Origin: Alphaproteobacteria bacterium
GTDB taxonomy: Bacteria; Pseudomonadota; Alphaproteobacteria; UBA7887
NCBI GenBank assembly: GCA_030739735.1
Contig: JASLYQ010000015.1
Coordinates: 5,733-69,732, forward strand
DNA: 64,000 bases
Direction: 5' to 3'
Within the stretch, counting starts at the first letter, position 1; every line of letters begins with the position of its first letter. The notes beneath the pieces are model-generated. The model ran no database searches. It worked only from the letters and a program-made list of their open reading frames with translations, and was not told the DNA's origin. This document shows positions 19,353-30,262 of this stretch, in pieces. The translations under genes were made by a program, and so were the position numbers.

Positions 19353-19743
19353 GGCTACTCCGCAGGCGGCAGTGGGTGTTGAGCGTCAAGCACCGCCTTG
19401 CGCAGACCACAGAACGGGCATAGCAGCACGGCAAGATCAGTGAGCGGGAACCACTTCAGCCCATCATAGAATTTAGGACTTGTCCTAAACACAGCCACCG
19501 CCGCTGCGGATAAGCTTAGTCGGAGCGCCGTCCTATCTCAAGTTGCGGCCACTTGCTGGGAGATGACCCACTACCCCGGCACATCGAGACCTGGCTGCCA
19601 GTTCTCAGGCACGGCCCAGCGCTTCGTCCATGACAGACGTTTGTTGGGCACGCGCCACCGGTATGGGAAGCAGCAGGGCTCCCAAAATGACAAGACTACG
19701 CACAACATTCCCCTTATTCTTGGGCTTGGTTCTCAAATTAAAA

Positions 19744-21078
19744 ATGGGGTCGGTGGGGAAATTCACTAGTGGGTACGGAGACAAACGAAACGACTGGGGG
19801 CTGGGTGTGCTAGCACTTTACCGCACGCTGACGGCGCTCGGAGCACCGCTGACCCGTTGGCATCTGCGCCGCCGCGCCGCCAAGGGCAAAGAGGACGCGG
19901 AGCGTCTTGCCGAGCGTTTCGGCGAGGCCGGCCTAGCGCGGCCCGAAGGCAAGCTGGTCTGGCTGCATGCGGCGAGCGTGGGCGAGGCAACCTCGGTACT
20001 ACCGCTGGTCGAGCGTCTGCAGGAGTGTCGGGCGACCACAATCCTGGTCACCAGCAGTACCGTCACCTCGGCCGAGATGCTGGCCAGGCAGTTGCCGGCG
20101 GGTGTCATCCACCAATTCGTACCGGTCGATATCCCAGCCGCCGTAAGCGCCTTCCTCAACCATTGGCGATCCGACTTTGCGATATGGGTCGAATCTGAGC
20201 TTTGGCCCAATCTGGTTACGGCAACGGCCGCGCGGGGCACGCCAATGGTGCTGATCCAGGCGCGCCTTTCCGATGCCTCATTGCGGCGTTGGCGGCGAGC
20301 ACCGGGGCTGATCCGCCGCGTGCTCTCCTGCTTCAAGCTGGTGCTGGCCCAGACCGAGGCCAATGCCGAGCGCTTCCGTGCTCTCGGCGCACGCTCAGTG
20401 GCGACCACCAGCACCCTGAAATACGCCAGCCCACCGCTGGCTGCAGAACATCACGAGTTGAAGGTGCTGCAGCGCCAAATCGGCGGCCGGCCGCTCTGGG
20501 TCGCGGCCAGTACCCATGCCGGGGCCGAAGAAACCGCAGTGCTTGATGCCCATATGGCGCTCGCCGAGCACCTACCGACGGTGCTCACGATCATCGTGCC
20601 GCGCCACCCCCAGCGCGGCGACGAGATGGCCTCGACGATCGCGGCGCGAGGTTACAGCGTGGCCCGGCGCAGCGCCGCCGACCTAATCGAGGCACACCAC
20701 CAAATCTATCTCGCGGACACCCTGGGTGAGCTCGGCCTTTTCTATCGCATCGCGCCGGTAGCCTTCGTCGGCGGCACCCTGTCGGCGGCCGGCGGCCATA
20801 ACATCATCGAGCCCATCCAACTCGGCACAGCAGTGGTCTGCGGGCCCGATCTGGCTAATTTCACCGAGGTCGCGGAGGACCTGACCAAGGCCGGCGCCCT
20901 GCGCACGGTGGCCGACGGCCATCAGCTCGCCGGAACGGTCGGCTTGCTGTTGCAGGATTCGGAGCGCCGCACCGAACTGGTGCAGCGCCAGAAGGGCGTG
21001 ACCGACTCCCGGGCGGAGGTGCTGGAAGACGTCATGACCGCCCTCGGCCCTTATCTGCCGGTGCATAGCGAAGGGTGA
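19744..21078 (+). CDS. waaA: 3-deoxy-D-manno-octulosonic acid transferase
   Basis: GKLVWLHAASVGE and the C-terminal GT-B region match KdtA. The start is uncertain, with ATG 19744 or GTG about 19807; the ORF as called from 19630 is probably too long. Confidence 0.75.
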   Translation: MGSVGKFTSGYGDKRNDWGLGVLALYRTLTALGAPLTRWHLRRRAAKGKEDAERLAERFGEAGLARPEGKLVWLHAASVGEATSVLPLVERLQECRATTILVTSSTVTSAEMLARQLPAGVIHQFVPVDIPAAVSAFLNHWRSDFAIWVESELWPNLVTATAARGTPMVLIQARLSDASLRRWRRAPGLIRRVLSCFKLVLAQTEANAERFRALGARSVATTSTLKYASPPLAAEHHELKVLQRQIGGRPLWVAASTHAGAEETAVLDAHMALAEHLPTVLTIIVPRHPQRGDEMASTIAARGYSVARRSAADLIEAHHQIYLADTLGELGLFYRIAPVAFVGGTLSAAGGHNIIEPIQLGTAVVCGPDLANFTEVAEDLTKAGALRTVADGHQLAGTVGLLLQDSERRTELVQRQKGVTDSRAEVLEDVMTALGPYLPVHSEG

Positions 21079-21085
21079 GCCGGTA

Positions 21086-22054
21086 GTGCGCGCACCTGAC
21101 TTCTGGCAAACGGACGGGATCTGGCCTCGCCTGCTCTCACCTATCGCAGCGGTCTACGGCTGGGCGGCGCGGCGACACCAACTGGCCGCGCGGCCCTGGC
21201 GAGCGCCGCTACCCGTGCTCTCGGTCGGCAATCTCGTCGTCGGCGGCACCGGTAAAACCCCGGTGACGCTGTCGCTCGCTGAGCGGCTCTCCAGGCGCGG
21301 GTGGGCACCCCACCTGCTGAGCCGCGGCTATGGCGGGCGCGCACGCGGCCCGCTGCGCGTCGATCCGGTCCGCCACGATGCCGCGCAAGTAGGCGACGAG
21401 CCCCTGCTACTGGCCGCCGCCGCCCCAACCTGGGTGGCGCGCGACCGTACCGCCGGCACGCGCGCCGCGATCGCCGCCGGTGCTGATGTGCTCGTGCTCG
21501 ACGACGGCCACCAAAACCAGGCGCTAGCGAAGGACCTAGCGCTGGTCATAGTCGATGGCACCCAGGCCTTTGGCAATCGCCGCCTACTGCCCGCCGGTCC
21601 CTTGCGCGAGAGCATCACTGACGGCCTAGCGCGCGCCACTGCGGTCGTGCTGCTGGGCGAAGATGTCTCTGGGCTCAGAGATGAACTCCCAGGAACATTG
21701 CCATTGCTGACCGGACGTCTCGAACCCAAGAAGAATACCCTACATGGTAAGGTGGTAGTCGCCTTTGCCGGCATCGGCCGACCGCAGAAGTTCTTCGCCA
21801 CCCTCGACGGCATGGACTGCGAAGTGCTGGGCAGGCACACCTTCTCTGACCACCATCCCTATCATGAGCACGAGATCCTAATGCTGCTGGACAAAGCCAC
21901 CAAGCTCGATGCGCTTTTAGTGACAACGGCAAAGGACCGTGTGCGACTGCCGCCGCATTTGCAAGATTTAGTGGAGGTAGTGGAGGTCATGGTTGTCTGG
22001 GACAACGAGACCGCGCTCGAGGTGCTTCTAGCAGAGCTCGATAACGATGGCTAA
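21086..22054 (+). CDS. lpxK: tetraacyldisaccharide 4'-kinase
   Basis: P-loop VGNLVVGGTGKTP and LpxK-typical length. Confidence 0.85.
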   Translation: MRAPDFWQTDGIWPRLLSPIAAVYGWAARRHQLAARPWRAPLPVLSVGNLVVGGTGKTPVTLSLAERLSRRGWAPHLLSRGYGGRARGPLRVDPVRHDAAQVGDEPLLLAAAAPTWVARDRTAGTRAAIAAGADVLVLDDGHQNQALAKDLALVIVDGTQAFGNRRLLPAGPLRESITDGLARATAVVLLGEDVSGLRDELPGTLPLLTGRLEPKKNTLHGKVVVAFAGIGRPQKFFATLDGMDCEVLGRHTFSDHHPYHEHEILMLLDKATKLDALLVTTAKDRVRLPPHLQDLVEVVEVMVVWDNETALEVLLAELDNDG

Positions 22055-22946
22055 AACCAGTCCTGGCAAACGTTTGCGCTACTTCTCTGAGTATCTGTTA
22101 GTGCGCCTTCTGTTCGTTATGTTCGGCATCCTGTCACTCGATGGCGCGTCGGCGCTCGGTGGGTGGCTCGGCCGGAAAATCGGACCGCGACTCAAGCTCA
22201 ATCGACGCGCTGAAAAAAACCTTGCCATGGCAATGCCAGAAATCGATATGACCGAGCGCGAGCGCATACTCGATGGCATGTGGGGCCACCTTGGCCGTGT
22301 CTTCGCCGAATATCCCCACCTCGGCACGTTCGACCCCTACAACCCAGACGACGACCACCTCGTGGTGCAGAATTCGGATATCGTCGAGCGTCTGCACAAT
22401 GACGGCATTGGTGGCATTTTTTTCTCCGCCCATATTGGCAACTGGGAGCTCGGCGCGCTCGGCGCGACGCGGCGCGGCATGGCGCTTGGCCAACTCTACC
22501 GGCCAGCCAACAATGCCCGCGTCGACCGTCTGATCATGGCCGCGCGCGCGCCGATCGGTGGCGACTACCAACCCAAGAGCGGGGGCGGCTTGCGGAGCCT
22601 CATGGCCATGCTCAAGCGTGGTAACCACCTCGCCATCATGGCCGATCAGCGCTACAATGAGGGCATCGCCGTGCCCTTCTTCGGCTGCAAGGCGATGACC
22701 GCGCCGACCATTGCCGAGCTGGCGCTGCGCTATCGCGTGCCCGTGGTGCCGGCGCGTATCGTGCGACTCCACGGCGCCCACTTTTGCCTCGAGTTCGAAG
22801 AGCCCCTGGCCCTACCCGACAGCGGTAACAAGCAACAAGACGTGCTGACCGTGATGACAGACGTCAACGCCCGCATCGAGGCCTGGATCCGTGAATACCC
22901 CGAGCAATGGCTCTGGGTGCACAGGCGCTGGTCAAAGGAGAATTAG
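22047..22946 (+). CDS. lpxL: lipid A biosynthesis lauroyl/myristoyl acyltransferase (LpxL/HtrB family)
   Basis: Lysophospholipid acyltransferase family with the C-terminal YPEQWLWVHRRW motif. It overlaps the lpxK stop. Confidence 0.8.
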   Translation: MAKTSPGKRLRYFSEYLLVRLLFVMFGILSLDGASALGGWLGRKIGPRLKLNRRAEKNLAMAMPEIDMTERERILDGMWGHLGRVFAEYPHLGTFDPYNPDDDHLVVQNSDIVERLHNDGIGGIFFSAHIGNWELGALGATRRGMALGQLYRPANNARVDRLIMAARAPIGGDYQPKSGGGLRSLMAMLKRGNHLAIMADQRYNEGIAVPFFGCKAMTAPTIAELALRYRVPVVPARIVRLHGAHFCLEFEEPLALPDSGNKQQDVLTVMTDVNARIEAWIREYPEQWLWVHRRWSKEN

Positions 22947-23257
22947 TCTGCCCCCTCCGGCAGTCCCGCCTTGCGCAGGCCCTTGGCCATGCGGACTATC
23001 ACCGGCTCCTTGAAGTTCCATAGCCAAAGCAGATTTCTCATCATCGCAATGGTGAAGCCAGGAAAAGATCGAGTAACGACGCCCTTGCCTCAGCAGCCAT
23101 ATCATTTTACGCGTTGACGGCGGCCTCTGCGTGACAACACTCTCGGCCAGAGCGTTCCCTCTCGGCAAAGAATAAATGTGGCGTGATTTTGCTCAACCAA
23201 CCCGGGCGGCACGGCCCGCGCTTTGTGTCGATGGCGAGGGTCGGAGTATGGGCCGCC

Positions 23258-23707
23258 CTACCGCTTTGCCGCAAAGAACGCCTGCAACAGGTCGCCGGCG
23301 CGGCGCTCGTCGATGCCGCCATAAACGTCCGGACGGTGATGGCAAGTAGGCTGGCTGAAGAGACGCGGGCCGTTCTCAACACCGCCGCCCTTGGGGTCGG
23401 AGGCAGCAAAATAGAGCCGACGGATGCGTCCGAACGATATGGCCTGGGCGCACATTGGACAGGGCTCGAGGGTGACATAGAGATCGCAGCCGACCAGCCG
23501 CGGCGAGGCGATCAATGCGGCAGCGGCGCGCAGCACCAGTATCTCGGCATGGGCGGTCGGATCGCTCAGCTCTTCGACGCGATTACCATCGGCGGCCAGC
23601 ACGGCGCCGCCGCCATCGACGACGACGGCGCCGACGGGCACCTCGCCGCGCGCGGTAGCCGCCTTGGCTTCAGCGAGGGCGAGTGCCATGGGTTCTGTCC
23701 GAGACAT
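23258..23707 (-). CDS. tadA: tRNA adenosine(34) deaminase
   Basis: HAEILVLR...PCPMCAQAI zinc-binding CDA motifs; 149 aa. Confidence 0.85.
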   Translation of the reverse strand: MSRTEPMALALAEAKAATARGEVPVGAVVVDGGGAVLAADGNRVEELSDPTAHAEILVLRAAAALIASPRLVGCDLYVTLEPCPMCAQAISFGRIRRLYFAASDPKGGGVENGPRLFSQPTCHHRPDVYGGIDERRAGDLLQAFFAAKR

Positions 23708-23782
23708 GGTAGCACCCTGCCGCCGGCCCGCGGGTGCGTCAACCGGGTTCCACCAGACCGGGTAGGGCTTTATGGTGCTGCC

Positions 23783-24505
23783 ATGAGCGCGCCTGCAATG
23801 CCCTTGATAGGGGTCACCTTCGACGACGAGCCGGCCGGCGGCTATTCGAAATTTCCCTGGTACGCCTTGCGCCAGAACTATCTTTCTGTGCTCAGCGCGG
23901 CGAACGCTCTACCTATGGCGCTGGAGCAGGCGCCAGACCTCGCCGAAGCCTATGTGGAACGCCTTGACGGCCTGGTGGTCACCGGTGGCGCCTTCGACGT
24001 CGATCCCGCCTTGTTCGGCGGTGGCGTCCGCCACAATAGCGTCACTACCAAGGACGGGCGCACCGCCTTTGAGCTTGCTGTAACCCGCGCGGCACTCAAC
24101 CACAACCTGCCCGTGCTCGGCATTTGTGGTGGCCAGCAATTGCTGGCCGTGGCACTCGGCGGCACCCTCATCCAACATATTCCCGACGCCATATCAAACG
24201 CATTAGCGCACGAACAGCCCAACCCGCGGGACGAGGCCGGGCACGCAGTGAACATCGTCGCCGATACCCTGCTACATCGCATCACCGGTAGTGAGACATT
24301 CATGGTTAACAGCGCCCATCACCAAGCGGTGGATACGGTGGGCGAAGATACGGTCGTGAACGCCCTGGCGCCCGACGGCGTGATCGAAGGCATCGAGGCG
24401 CCAGCTTACTGCTTCTGCCTCGGCGTGCAATGGCACCCCGAGTTTCTCATCTCCGACGGCGACCGCTGTCTAATCGCCGCCTTCGTCGCCGCCTGCCGGC
24501 CATGA
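23783..24505 (+). CDS. class I glutamine amidotransferase-like hydrolase (peptidase C26 / gamma-glutamyl-GABA hydrolase family)
   Basis: GICGGQQ nucleophile and HH..VQWHPE motifs. The start was chosen at the ATG at 23783; the upstream part of the long ORF is antisense to tadA. Confidence 0.7.
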   Translation: MSAPAMPLIGVTFDDEPAGGYSKFPWYALRQNYLSVLSAANALPMALEQAPDLAEAYVERLDGLVVTGGAFDVDPALFGGGVRHNSVTTKDGRTAFELAVTRAALNHNLPVLGICGGQQLLAVALGGTLIQHIPDAISNALAHEQPNPRDEAGHAVNIVADTLLHRITGSETFMVNSAHHQAVDTVGEDTVVNALAPDGVIEGIEAPAYCFCLGVQWHPEFLISDGDRCLIAAFVAACRP

Positions 24506-25248
24506 ATGAAGCCAAAAGCGAGCGCATCGCCAAGCGCCTGGCGCGCGTCGGGCTGTGCTCACGGCGCGAGGCAGAGCGCTGGATTGCCGCCGGCCGCGTG
24601 GCGGTAAACGGCGAGGTGCTGGAGAGCCCGGCCGTAGTCGTCGGACACAAGGACCGCATCTATGTTGATGGCAAACTACTCGCCGCGCCCGCGGCGACGC
24701 AGCTGTGGCGCTATCATAAACCGCGCGGCCTGGTCACCAGCCACCGCGACGAAAAGGGTCGCCCCACCGTCTTTGACGCCCTGCCCCGTGACTTACCGCG
24801 CCTGGTCTCCGTCGGCCGCCTCGACATCACCTCCGAAGGCCTGCTCCTTTTGACCAATGATGGCGCCCTGGCGCGATATCTTGAACACCCCTCAACCGCG
24901 CTTACCCGGCGCTATCGGGCTCGCGTCCACGGCAATGTGGACGACGCGGCTTTGCGCAGCCTGGCCAAGGGCGTGACCGTAAACGGCGTGCGTTACGCCA
25001 GCACCGAAATCTCGATAGATCGCCGTGGTGATGGTAAGAATAGCTGGCTCAACGTCAGCTTGCGCGAAGGCAAGAATCGCGAGGTGCGCAAGCTACTCAT
25101 CCATGCCGGCCTAGTGGTCAACCGCCTCATTCGCATTTCCTATGGCCCCTATCAACTCGGCAATTTGAAAGCTGGGAAGGTAGCCGATGTATCGCGAAAG
25201 GTACTGCACGAGCAGTTGGGTAGAGACTGGACGGAGAAGCTGCGGTGA
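24502..25248 (+). CDS. rRNA pseudouridine synthase (RsuA/RluB family)
   Basis: S4 domain N-terminus and the VGRLDITSEGLLLLTNDG catalytic motif. It overlaps the preceding stop (ATGA). Confidence 0.8.
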   Translation: MNEAKSERIAKRLARVGLCSRREAERWIAAGRVAVNGEVLESPAVVVGHKDRIYVDGKLLAAPAATQLWRYHKPRGLVTSHRDEKGRPTVFDALPRDLPRLVSVGRLDITSEGLLLLTNDGALARYLEHPSTALTRRYRARVHGNVDDAALRSLAKGVTVNGVRYASTEISIDRRGDGKNSWLNVSLREGKNREVRKLLIHAGLVVNRLIRISYGPYQLGNLKAGKVADVSRKVLHEQLGRDWTEKLR

Positions 25249-25805
25249 GAATCATCGGCGGCTCCTTGCGCGGACGCTGCTTACAGGTCCCGGCTGGGCG
25301 TGACATGCGCCCCACCGCGGACCGCGCCCGCCAGACTCTGTTCAACTTGATCGCGCACAGTGCTGCGCTCGGCGGGCTCACGCTCGAAGGCGCCACCGTC
25401 GCCGATATCTTCGCCGGCACCGGCGCCTTCGGTCTGGAGGCGCTATCGCGCGGCGCCAGGCGCGCGCTCTTCATTGAATCAGGCCGCGCCTCACTCACAG
25501 CCCTACGTGCCAACATCGCCGCGCTAGGCCTGGTGGACAGATCTCAGGTTATCGCCCGCGACGCCGTCCGCCCCGGCCCGGCCCCAACACCCTGCGATCT
25601 CCTCTTTCTCGACCCGCCCTACCGCGAAGGTTTCGTCCTGCCCGCGCTTGCGGCGCTGATGCAGAACGCCTGGCTGGCGCCGGGTGCAGTGGTGATTGTC
25701 GAGCACGCCACGGACGAAGACCTCCAGCCGCCGGATGGGATGGCGACCTTAAAAACACACAAGGTGGGCGCCGCCACGTTTGCCAATTGGCATATGCTAC
25801 CTTGA
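25245..25805 (+). CDS. rsmD: 16S rRNA (guanine966-N2)-methyltransferase
   Basis: MRIIGGSLRGRCLQVPAGRDMRPT...DPPY motif. Confidence 0.8.
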   Translation: MRIIGGSLRGRCLQVPAGRDMRPTADRARQTLFNLIAHSAALGGLTLEGATVADIFAGTGAFGLEALSRGARRALFIESGRASLTALRANIAALGLVDRSQVIARDAVRPGPAPTPCDLLFLDPPYREGFVLPALAALMQNAWLAPGAVVIVEHATDEDLQPPDGMATLKTHKVGAATFANWHMLP

Positions 25806-26423
25806 GCGCCGGCGAGAATTTCAGACATGGCACGAGCAATAGCCAGGGCAGAAATGGCACTTCCAGATCGACGATCGAGAACGGCGGCGGGGCAATCACG
25901 GCTCGCGTCTAGGCGCGTTTCAAACTGGGGAACTCAGTCGCAGCATCGGATTATCCCTTCATCCTCGAGCCGCAGCACGCCGGTATGGAGCATGCGCTGT
26001 TTGTCGGTAAGGAAATGTAGGCGCGACTCTGGTCGCAACGTGTGTTCACCGTCACTAGCCGTATAATTTGGAAAACTGGTGTTATACTTGGACTTATGAG
26101 ACTTTTTAGTGGCTGTCGCGTGGCGTAGCGGTGCGAGGTTTCGGTGGATGGCAAACTCGCATCTCGGCCTGCGCGCCTACTGCCGACCAGGGCATTCCGA
26201 GTGAGGCTATGAGGGGGCCGAACCGCGGCGGCTGGCGCGGCCATACTGGCGCCCCATTTCAACGGTCCTCGGCGGCGCTCGAACATCACTGTCGCTTTCT
26301 CTCCAACTGAGTGATCACCATGCGCGAGGAAACCTGGTTGCTCGACAGCGCCCTCAACAAGGTAGTCAAAATGCCAACGACGCTGGAGCGATTGTGCGAC
26401 AAAGTGAGGGAAGTGGAATACCT

Positions 26424-26804
26424 ATGGTCGAATTAAGGATCATCGTGGGCGGCGTCAGCATCCGCGTCGAGTTACTCGACACGCCGACCGCTGCGGCCGT
26501 GGCCGCGGCAGCGCCTTTTACCGCCAGCGCTAGGACCTGGGGCGAAGAGGTCTATTTCTCAACACCGGTGTCAGTGGCGCGCGAAACGGACGCCCGCGCC
26601 GTGGTCGAGGCCGGCGAGTTGGCCTTCTGGGTCGAAGGCGATTCCATCGCCATCGGCTTCGGCCGCACGCCTATCTCGCGTGGCGCCGAGATCCGTCTTG
26701 CTGCGCCGACTAACATATGGGGCCGCGCGCTCGACGATGTCAAAGCGCTGGCCAGCGTACGCGACGGCGATCCGGTCAGCGTCGAAGTATTCGACGATGC
26801 CTGA
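26424..26804 (+). CDS. cyclophilin-like fold protein (DUF3830-like)
   Basis: 127 aa. The pattern resembles the cyclophilin-like superfamily of unknown function. The start was taken at MVELRII. Confidence 0.45.
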   Translation: MVELRIIVGGVSIRVELLDTPTAAAVAAAAPFTASARTWGEEVYFSTPVSVARETDARAVVEAGELAFWVEGDSIAIGFGRTPISRGAEIRLAAPTNIWGRALDDVKALASVRDGDPVSVEVFDDA

Positions 26805-27105
26805 CACCGGTGACCTTGCCGACCGCTTCGGGGTGCCTGTTAACCGTGAGGCGGTGGCCAAGGATTGGGCCGAGCGCGGTTACGACTGCCGGTCTTTCAC
26901 CGACCCCCCGAGACAGGAGTGGAACGGCTTTGTTCACTCCACCAACGAGTTGATCACCGTAGTTGAAGGGCGCCTCAAACTGCTCATGGAAGGCAAGAGC
27001 CTGATCCTGGGTCCCGGTGACGAGGCTTTCATCCCACGGCACATGCGCCACTCGGTGCACAACATCCACGATGGCACCACACACTGGTTGTTCGGCTACG
27101 ACTGA
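26797..27105 (+). CDS. cupin-domain protein
   Basis: The beta-barrel motif [29 protein letters not shown] is a cupin signature. The start overlaps the previous stop (ATGCCTGA). Confidence 0.6.
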   Translation: MPDTGDLADRFGVPVNREAVAKDWAERGYDCRSFTDPPRQEWNGFVHSTNELITVVEGRLKLLMEGKSLILGPGDEAFIPRHMRHSVHNIHDGTTHWLFGYD

Positions 27106-28298
27106 GCCCTAGCTGCCACCAGACGAAATGCCAGCACGATAACAATGGCCCCAATCACCAGCGGCGCGATGGGGAGGCTGAGGACGCCGGCCAACAATCG
27201 GGCCAGGAACGGTAGCGCGAAGATCGCCAGCAAGGCCGTCTTCTCCCAGGGCCGGAAGCCACCTTCGAGTCCCGCGGCAGCAAGCCAGGCGATTGGCAGC
27301 GCCAGCAGCATAAGGTCGTAATCCCAGCCATAGGGCGTCGCCAACAAAGTGCAAGCGACGAGTAGCGCGCTCTTCAAAGCCTGCGGCCCACTGCCGCGCC
27401 AGGCCCAGAACACTACTGCTAGGGCCGCCAGCGAGGCCAGCGCCTGGCCACCATAGGCCAGGCCCAGCGACCCGCCTAGCAGTCGCAGCGCCGCGAAACT
27501 GCTGATCGAGCGATGGTAGCCAGCAACACCCTGCTCGATGACCTGCTCGCGGGCGAAAGCCGAGCTCTCCAAAAAGGCCGCCCATATCTCCATACCATAG
27601 GCGCCAGTGGCCAGCACCACCGTGGCTAGGACGGTGGCTACGGCAGCGGCAAAGGCGCGCCAATGCCCGCCGGCGACAAGCGCAAAGGGGATTAGCAGGC
27701 TAAATTGCGGTTTGTAAGCGAGCAGGCCGATAAGCGCCCCGGCGAGCAGCGGCCGGCGTTTCAGCGAGAGCAACGCGAGGCCGGTCAGCCCGGTGCTGAG
27801 AAAGCCGTTCTGGCCATGGATAAGATTGACGAAAGCGGCCGGATAGGCGAGTGCCACCAGCATCGCCTGACGGCCGGCGACGATGCGCCGGATCGCCAGC
27901 AGATAAAGCGGCAGGGTCAACGCCATCCACACCGCTAGGGCGCCAAAATAGGACAGGCCCGCCAACAGGCCCGCCACCAGCAAATACGTGGGCGGGTAAT
28001 GCCAGCTGTAATAGGGCACAGCCTCGCTGGCGAAGATGCGCTTTTGCGCCGCATGCAGCGCGGCGTGGGAATAGGCGTCGGCGGCGTGGCCCTCGCGCAC
28101 CAGGGTACCAGCACCGTACATATGGCTAAAGTCGGTACCGACCGGCCGTCCTTGCGGGTCGAGCCCGCCTTGCGAGGCGGCCAGCATCACGCATAGGCCA
28201 GCCACGCCGCCGACCAGAATCAGGGCTGCATAGACCCGGACCCGCCACGCCGTCAGCCAATTTCCATCGCGGAGCACCGCCGGCCCGTGCCACGTCAC
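27096..28298 (-). CDS. polytopic membrane protein, glycosyltransferase family 87 / DUF2029-like
   Basis: 400 aa with at least 10 predicted TM helices and a hydrophobic repeat architecture typical of DUF2029 mannosyltransferase-like proteins. Confidence 0.55.
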   Translation of the reverse strand: MTWHGPAVLRDGNWLTAWRVRVYAALILVGGVAGLCVMLAASQGGLDPQGRPVGTDFSHMYGAGTLVREGHAADAYSHAALHAAQKRIFASEAVPYYSWHYPPTYLLVAGLLAGLSYFGALAVWMALTLPLYLLAIRRIVAGRQAMLVALAYPAAFVNLIHGQNGFLSTGLTGLALLSLKRRPLLAGALIGLLAYKPQFSLLIPFALVAGGHWRAFAAAVATVLATVVLATGAYGMEIWAAFLESSAFAREQVIEQGVAGYHRSISSFAALRLLGGSLGLAYGGQALASLAALAVVFWAWRGSGPQALKSALLVACTLLATPYGWDYDLMLLALPIAWLAAAGLEGGFRPWEKTALLAIFALPFLARLLAGVLSLPIAPLVIGAIVIVLAFRLVAARAQS

Positions 28299-28519
28299 TG
28301 TTGTGCCCCCGTCTATTCGCCATGCAGTATAGCGTTATCCACACAATGCGAGAGACGGTGATAATCACCATGAGACACGTATTCACTATGGCAGCACCAT
28401 TGATGACTGGATCGCCAAGTATGCGAGAGACGGCGGCAACAGCTTTCCGAAAATGCCTCTCGCTTACGCCGGACGACGGCCCGGCGCAGAAGATGCTGCG
28501 CCGCTACGAAACTTGAGAA

Positions 28520-30262
28520 TCAGTGCCGACCGAACAGCTTCTCGATGTCAGTGAGCTTCAGCTCGACATAGGTCGGCCGGCCATGATTGCATTGTCCGGA
28601 ATGGGGTGTGACTTCCATTTCCCGCAGCAGCGCGTTCATCTCCTCAGGGCCCAGACGGCGGCCAGCCCGCACGCTGCCGTGGCAGGCCATGGTGGCGCAG
28701 ACGTCGTCGAGGCGCTCCTTGAGGGCCAAGGCCTGATCGCCTGCGACGATATCCTCCGCAAGGTCGCAGACTAGCCCTGCCACGTCGCATTCGCCGAGCA
28801 GGGCCGGCACTTCGCGCACAATGAGCGCCCCATCGCCGAAGGGCTCGACCACGAGGCCGAACTCGGCAAGCTCCGAAGCACGGGCAGCGACGGCCTCGGC
28901 CGGACCGGGATCAAGCTCGACAACATCCGGGATCAGTAAAATTTGCCGCCCGACCTTGCCACCGGCGAGCTCGGCGCGCATGCGCTCAAGCACCAGGCGC
29001 TCGTGCGCCGCATGCTGGTCGACGATGACAAGGCCGTCGGTCGTCTGGGCAACAATATAGGTCTCGTGCAACTGGCCCCGCGCCGCACCCAGCGGATAGG
29101 TCTCGACCGACTCCTGCGCCGGCTCCGAGACGACGGGAGGTGCCAGCGGCGCCTGGTAGGCGGCAGCGTTTCCCGCTAGACCGAGACCCGGGCGCAGCGG
29201 CAGGCCGGGCTGTGGGCGGGCGGCGGCAAGCGCCGCATGGGCGACTGTTGTCGAGGCCCGGTGGCCGGCCTCATCGAGGGCATGCCTGAGCGCCCCGACC
29301 ACGAGGTTACGCACCGCCGCCGGGGCCCTAAAACGCACCTCGGCCTTGGCGGGGTGCACATTGACGTCGACCTCCGCCGGATCAAGCGTGAGGAAGAGCG
29401 CCACCAGGGGATGACGGTCACGCGCCAGCAGGTCCTGATAGGCACCACGCACCGCGCCATAGAGCAGGCGGTCGCGCACGGGTCGGCCGTTGACGAAAAG
29501 ATATTGCTGGCCAGCCCGACCACGGTTTAACGTCGGCAGACTGGTATAGCCCGCGACCGCGACGCCGTCGCGCGCCGCTGCTATCTCGAGCGCGTTGTCG
29601 GCGAACTCGGCGCCCATCAACGCAGCCAAGCGGTTGAGGCGCGACGCGAGCAGGTCGCCTTGCGCGGCGCCGACCGACAGTCGACTACGGCCGTTAGCCA
29701 CGACTTTCACGGCAATCTCGGGCCTGGCCATGGCGAGCGGCGCGGCAAGGTTAAGCGCGACCGTAGTCTCCGCGAGCTCGCTCTTGAGAAACTTGAGCCG
29801 CGCCGGAGTCGCGAAGAAAAGATCGCGCACCTCGACGCGCGTGCCGGCACCGAGTGCCGCGGGCTTCGGTTTGGATATCTCGCCGCCAGTAACGCTGACC
29901 GCCCAGGCCGTGTCCGAGCCGCGAGCGCGGCTGGTCACAGTCATGCGGCTGACGGCGCCGATCGAGGGTAGCGCCTCACCACGAAACCCGAGGCTGCGGA
30001 TATCGCTGAGATCATCGCCAACGAGCTTCGACGTGACATGACGATGCACCGCTAGCGGTAGTGCCTCACGCGCCATGCCAAAGCCGTCGTCGCCTACGGC
30101 TATGAGTGTCTTGCCGCCGTCCTCTAGCGTCACATCGATGCGCCCAGCCTCGGCATCAACAGCGTTTTCCATCAACTCCTTGACGACATTAGCGGGACGT
30201 TCGATGACTTCACCCGCGGCAATGCGGTTTATCAGGCCTTCCGGTAGCCGCCTCAGGCTCAT
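28520..30262 (-). CDS. mutL: DNA mismatch repair protein MutL
   Basis: N-terminal GHKL ATPase motifs ([23 protein letters not shown]) and a C-terminal dimerisation domain. Confidence 0.9.
   Translation of the reverse strand: MSLRRLPEGLINRIAAGEVIERPANVVKELMENAVDAEAGRIDVTLEDGGKTLIAVGDDGFGMAREALPLAVHRHVTSKLVGDDLSDIRSLGFRGEALPSIGAVSRMTVTSRARGSDTAWAVSVTGGEISKPKPAALGAGTRVEVRDLFFATPARLKFLKSELAETTVALNLAAPLAMARPEIAVKVVANGRSRLSVGAAQGDLLASRLNRLAALMGAEFADNALEIAAARDGVAVAGYTSLPTLNRGRAGQQYLFVNGRPVRDRLLYGAVRGAYQDLLARDRHPLVALFLTLDPAEVDVNVHPAKAEVRFRAPAAVRNLVVGALRHALDEAGHRASTTVAHAALAAARPQPGLPLRPGLGLAGNAAAYQAPLAPPVVSEPAQESVETYPLGAARGQLHETYIVAQTTDGLVIVDQHAAHERLVLERMRAELAGGKVGRQILLIPDVVELDPGPAEAVAARASELAEFGLVVEPFGDGALIVREVPALLGECDVAGLVCDLAEDIVAGDQALALKERLDDVCATMACHGSVRAGRRLGPEEMNALLREMEVTPHSGQCNHGRPTYVELKLTDIEKLFGRH

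Noticed and set aside
23183-23782. Upstream 200 codons of the amidotransferase ORF.
   Set aside because: It is entirely antisense to tadA. The amidotransferase family domain begins at the internal ATG at 23783.
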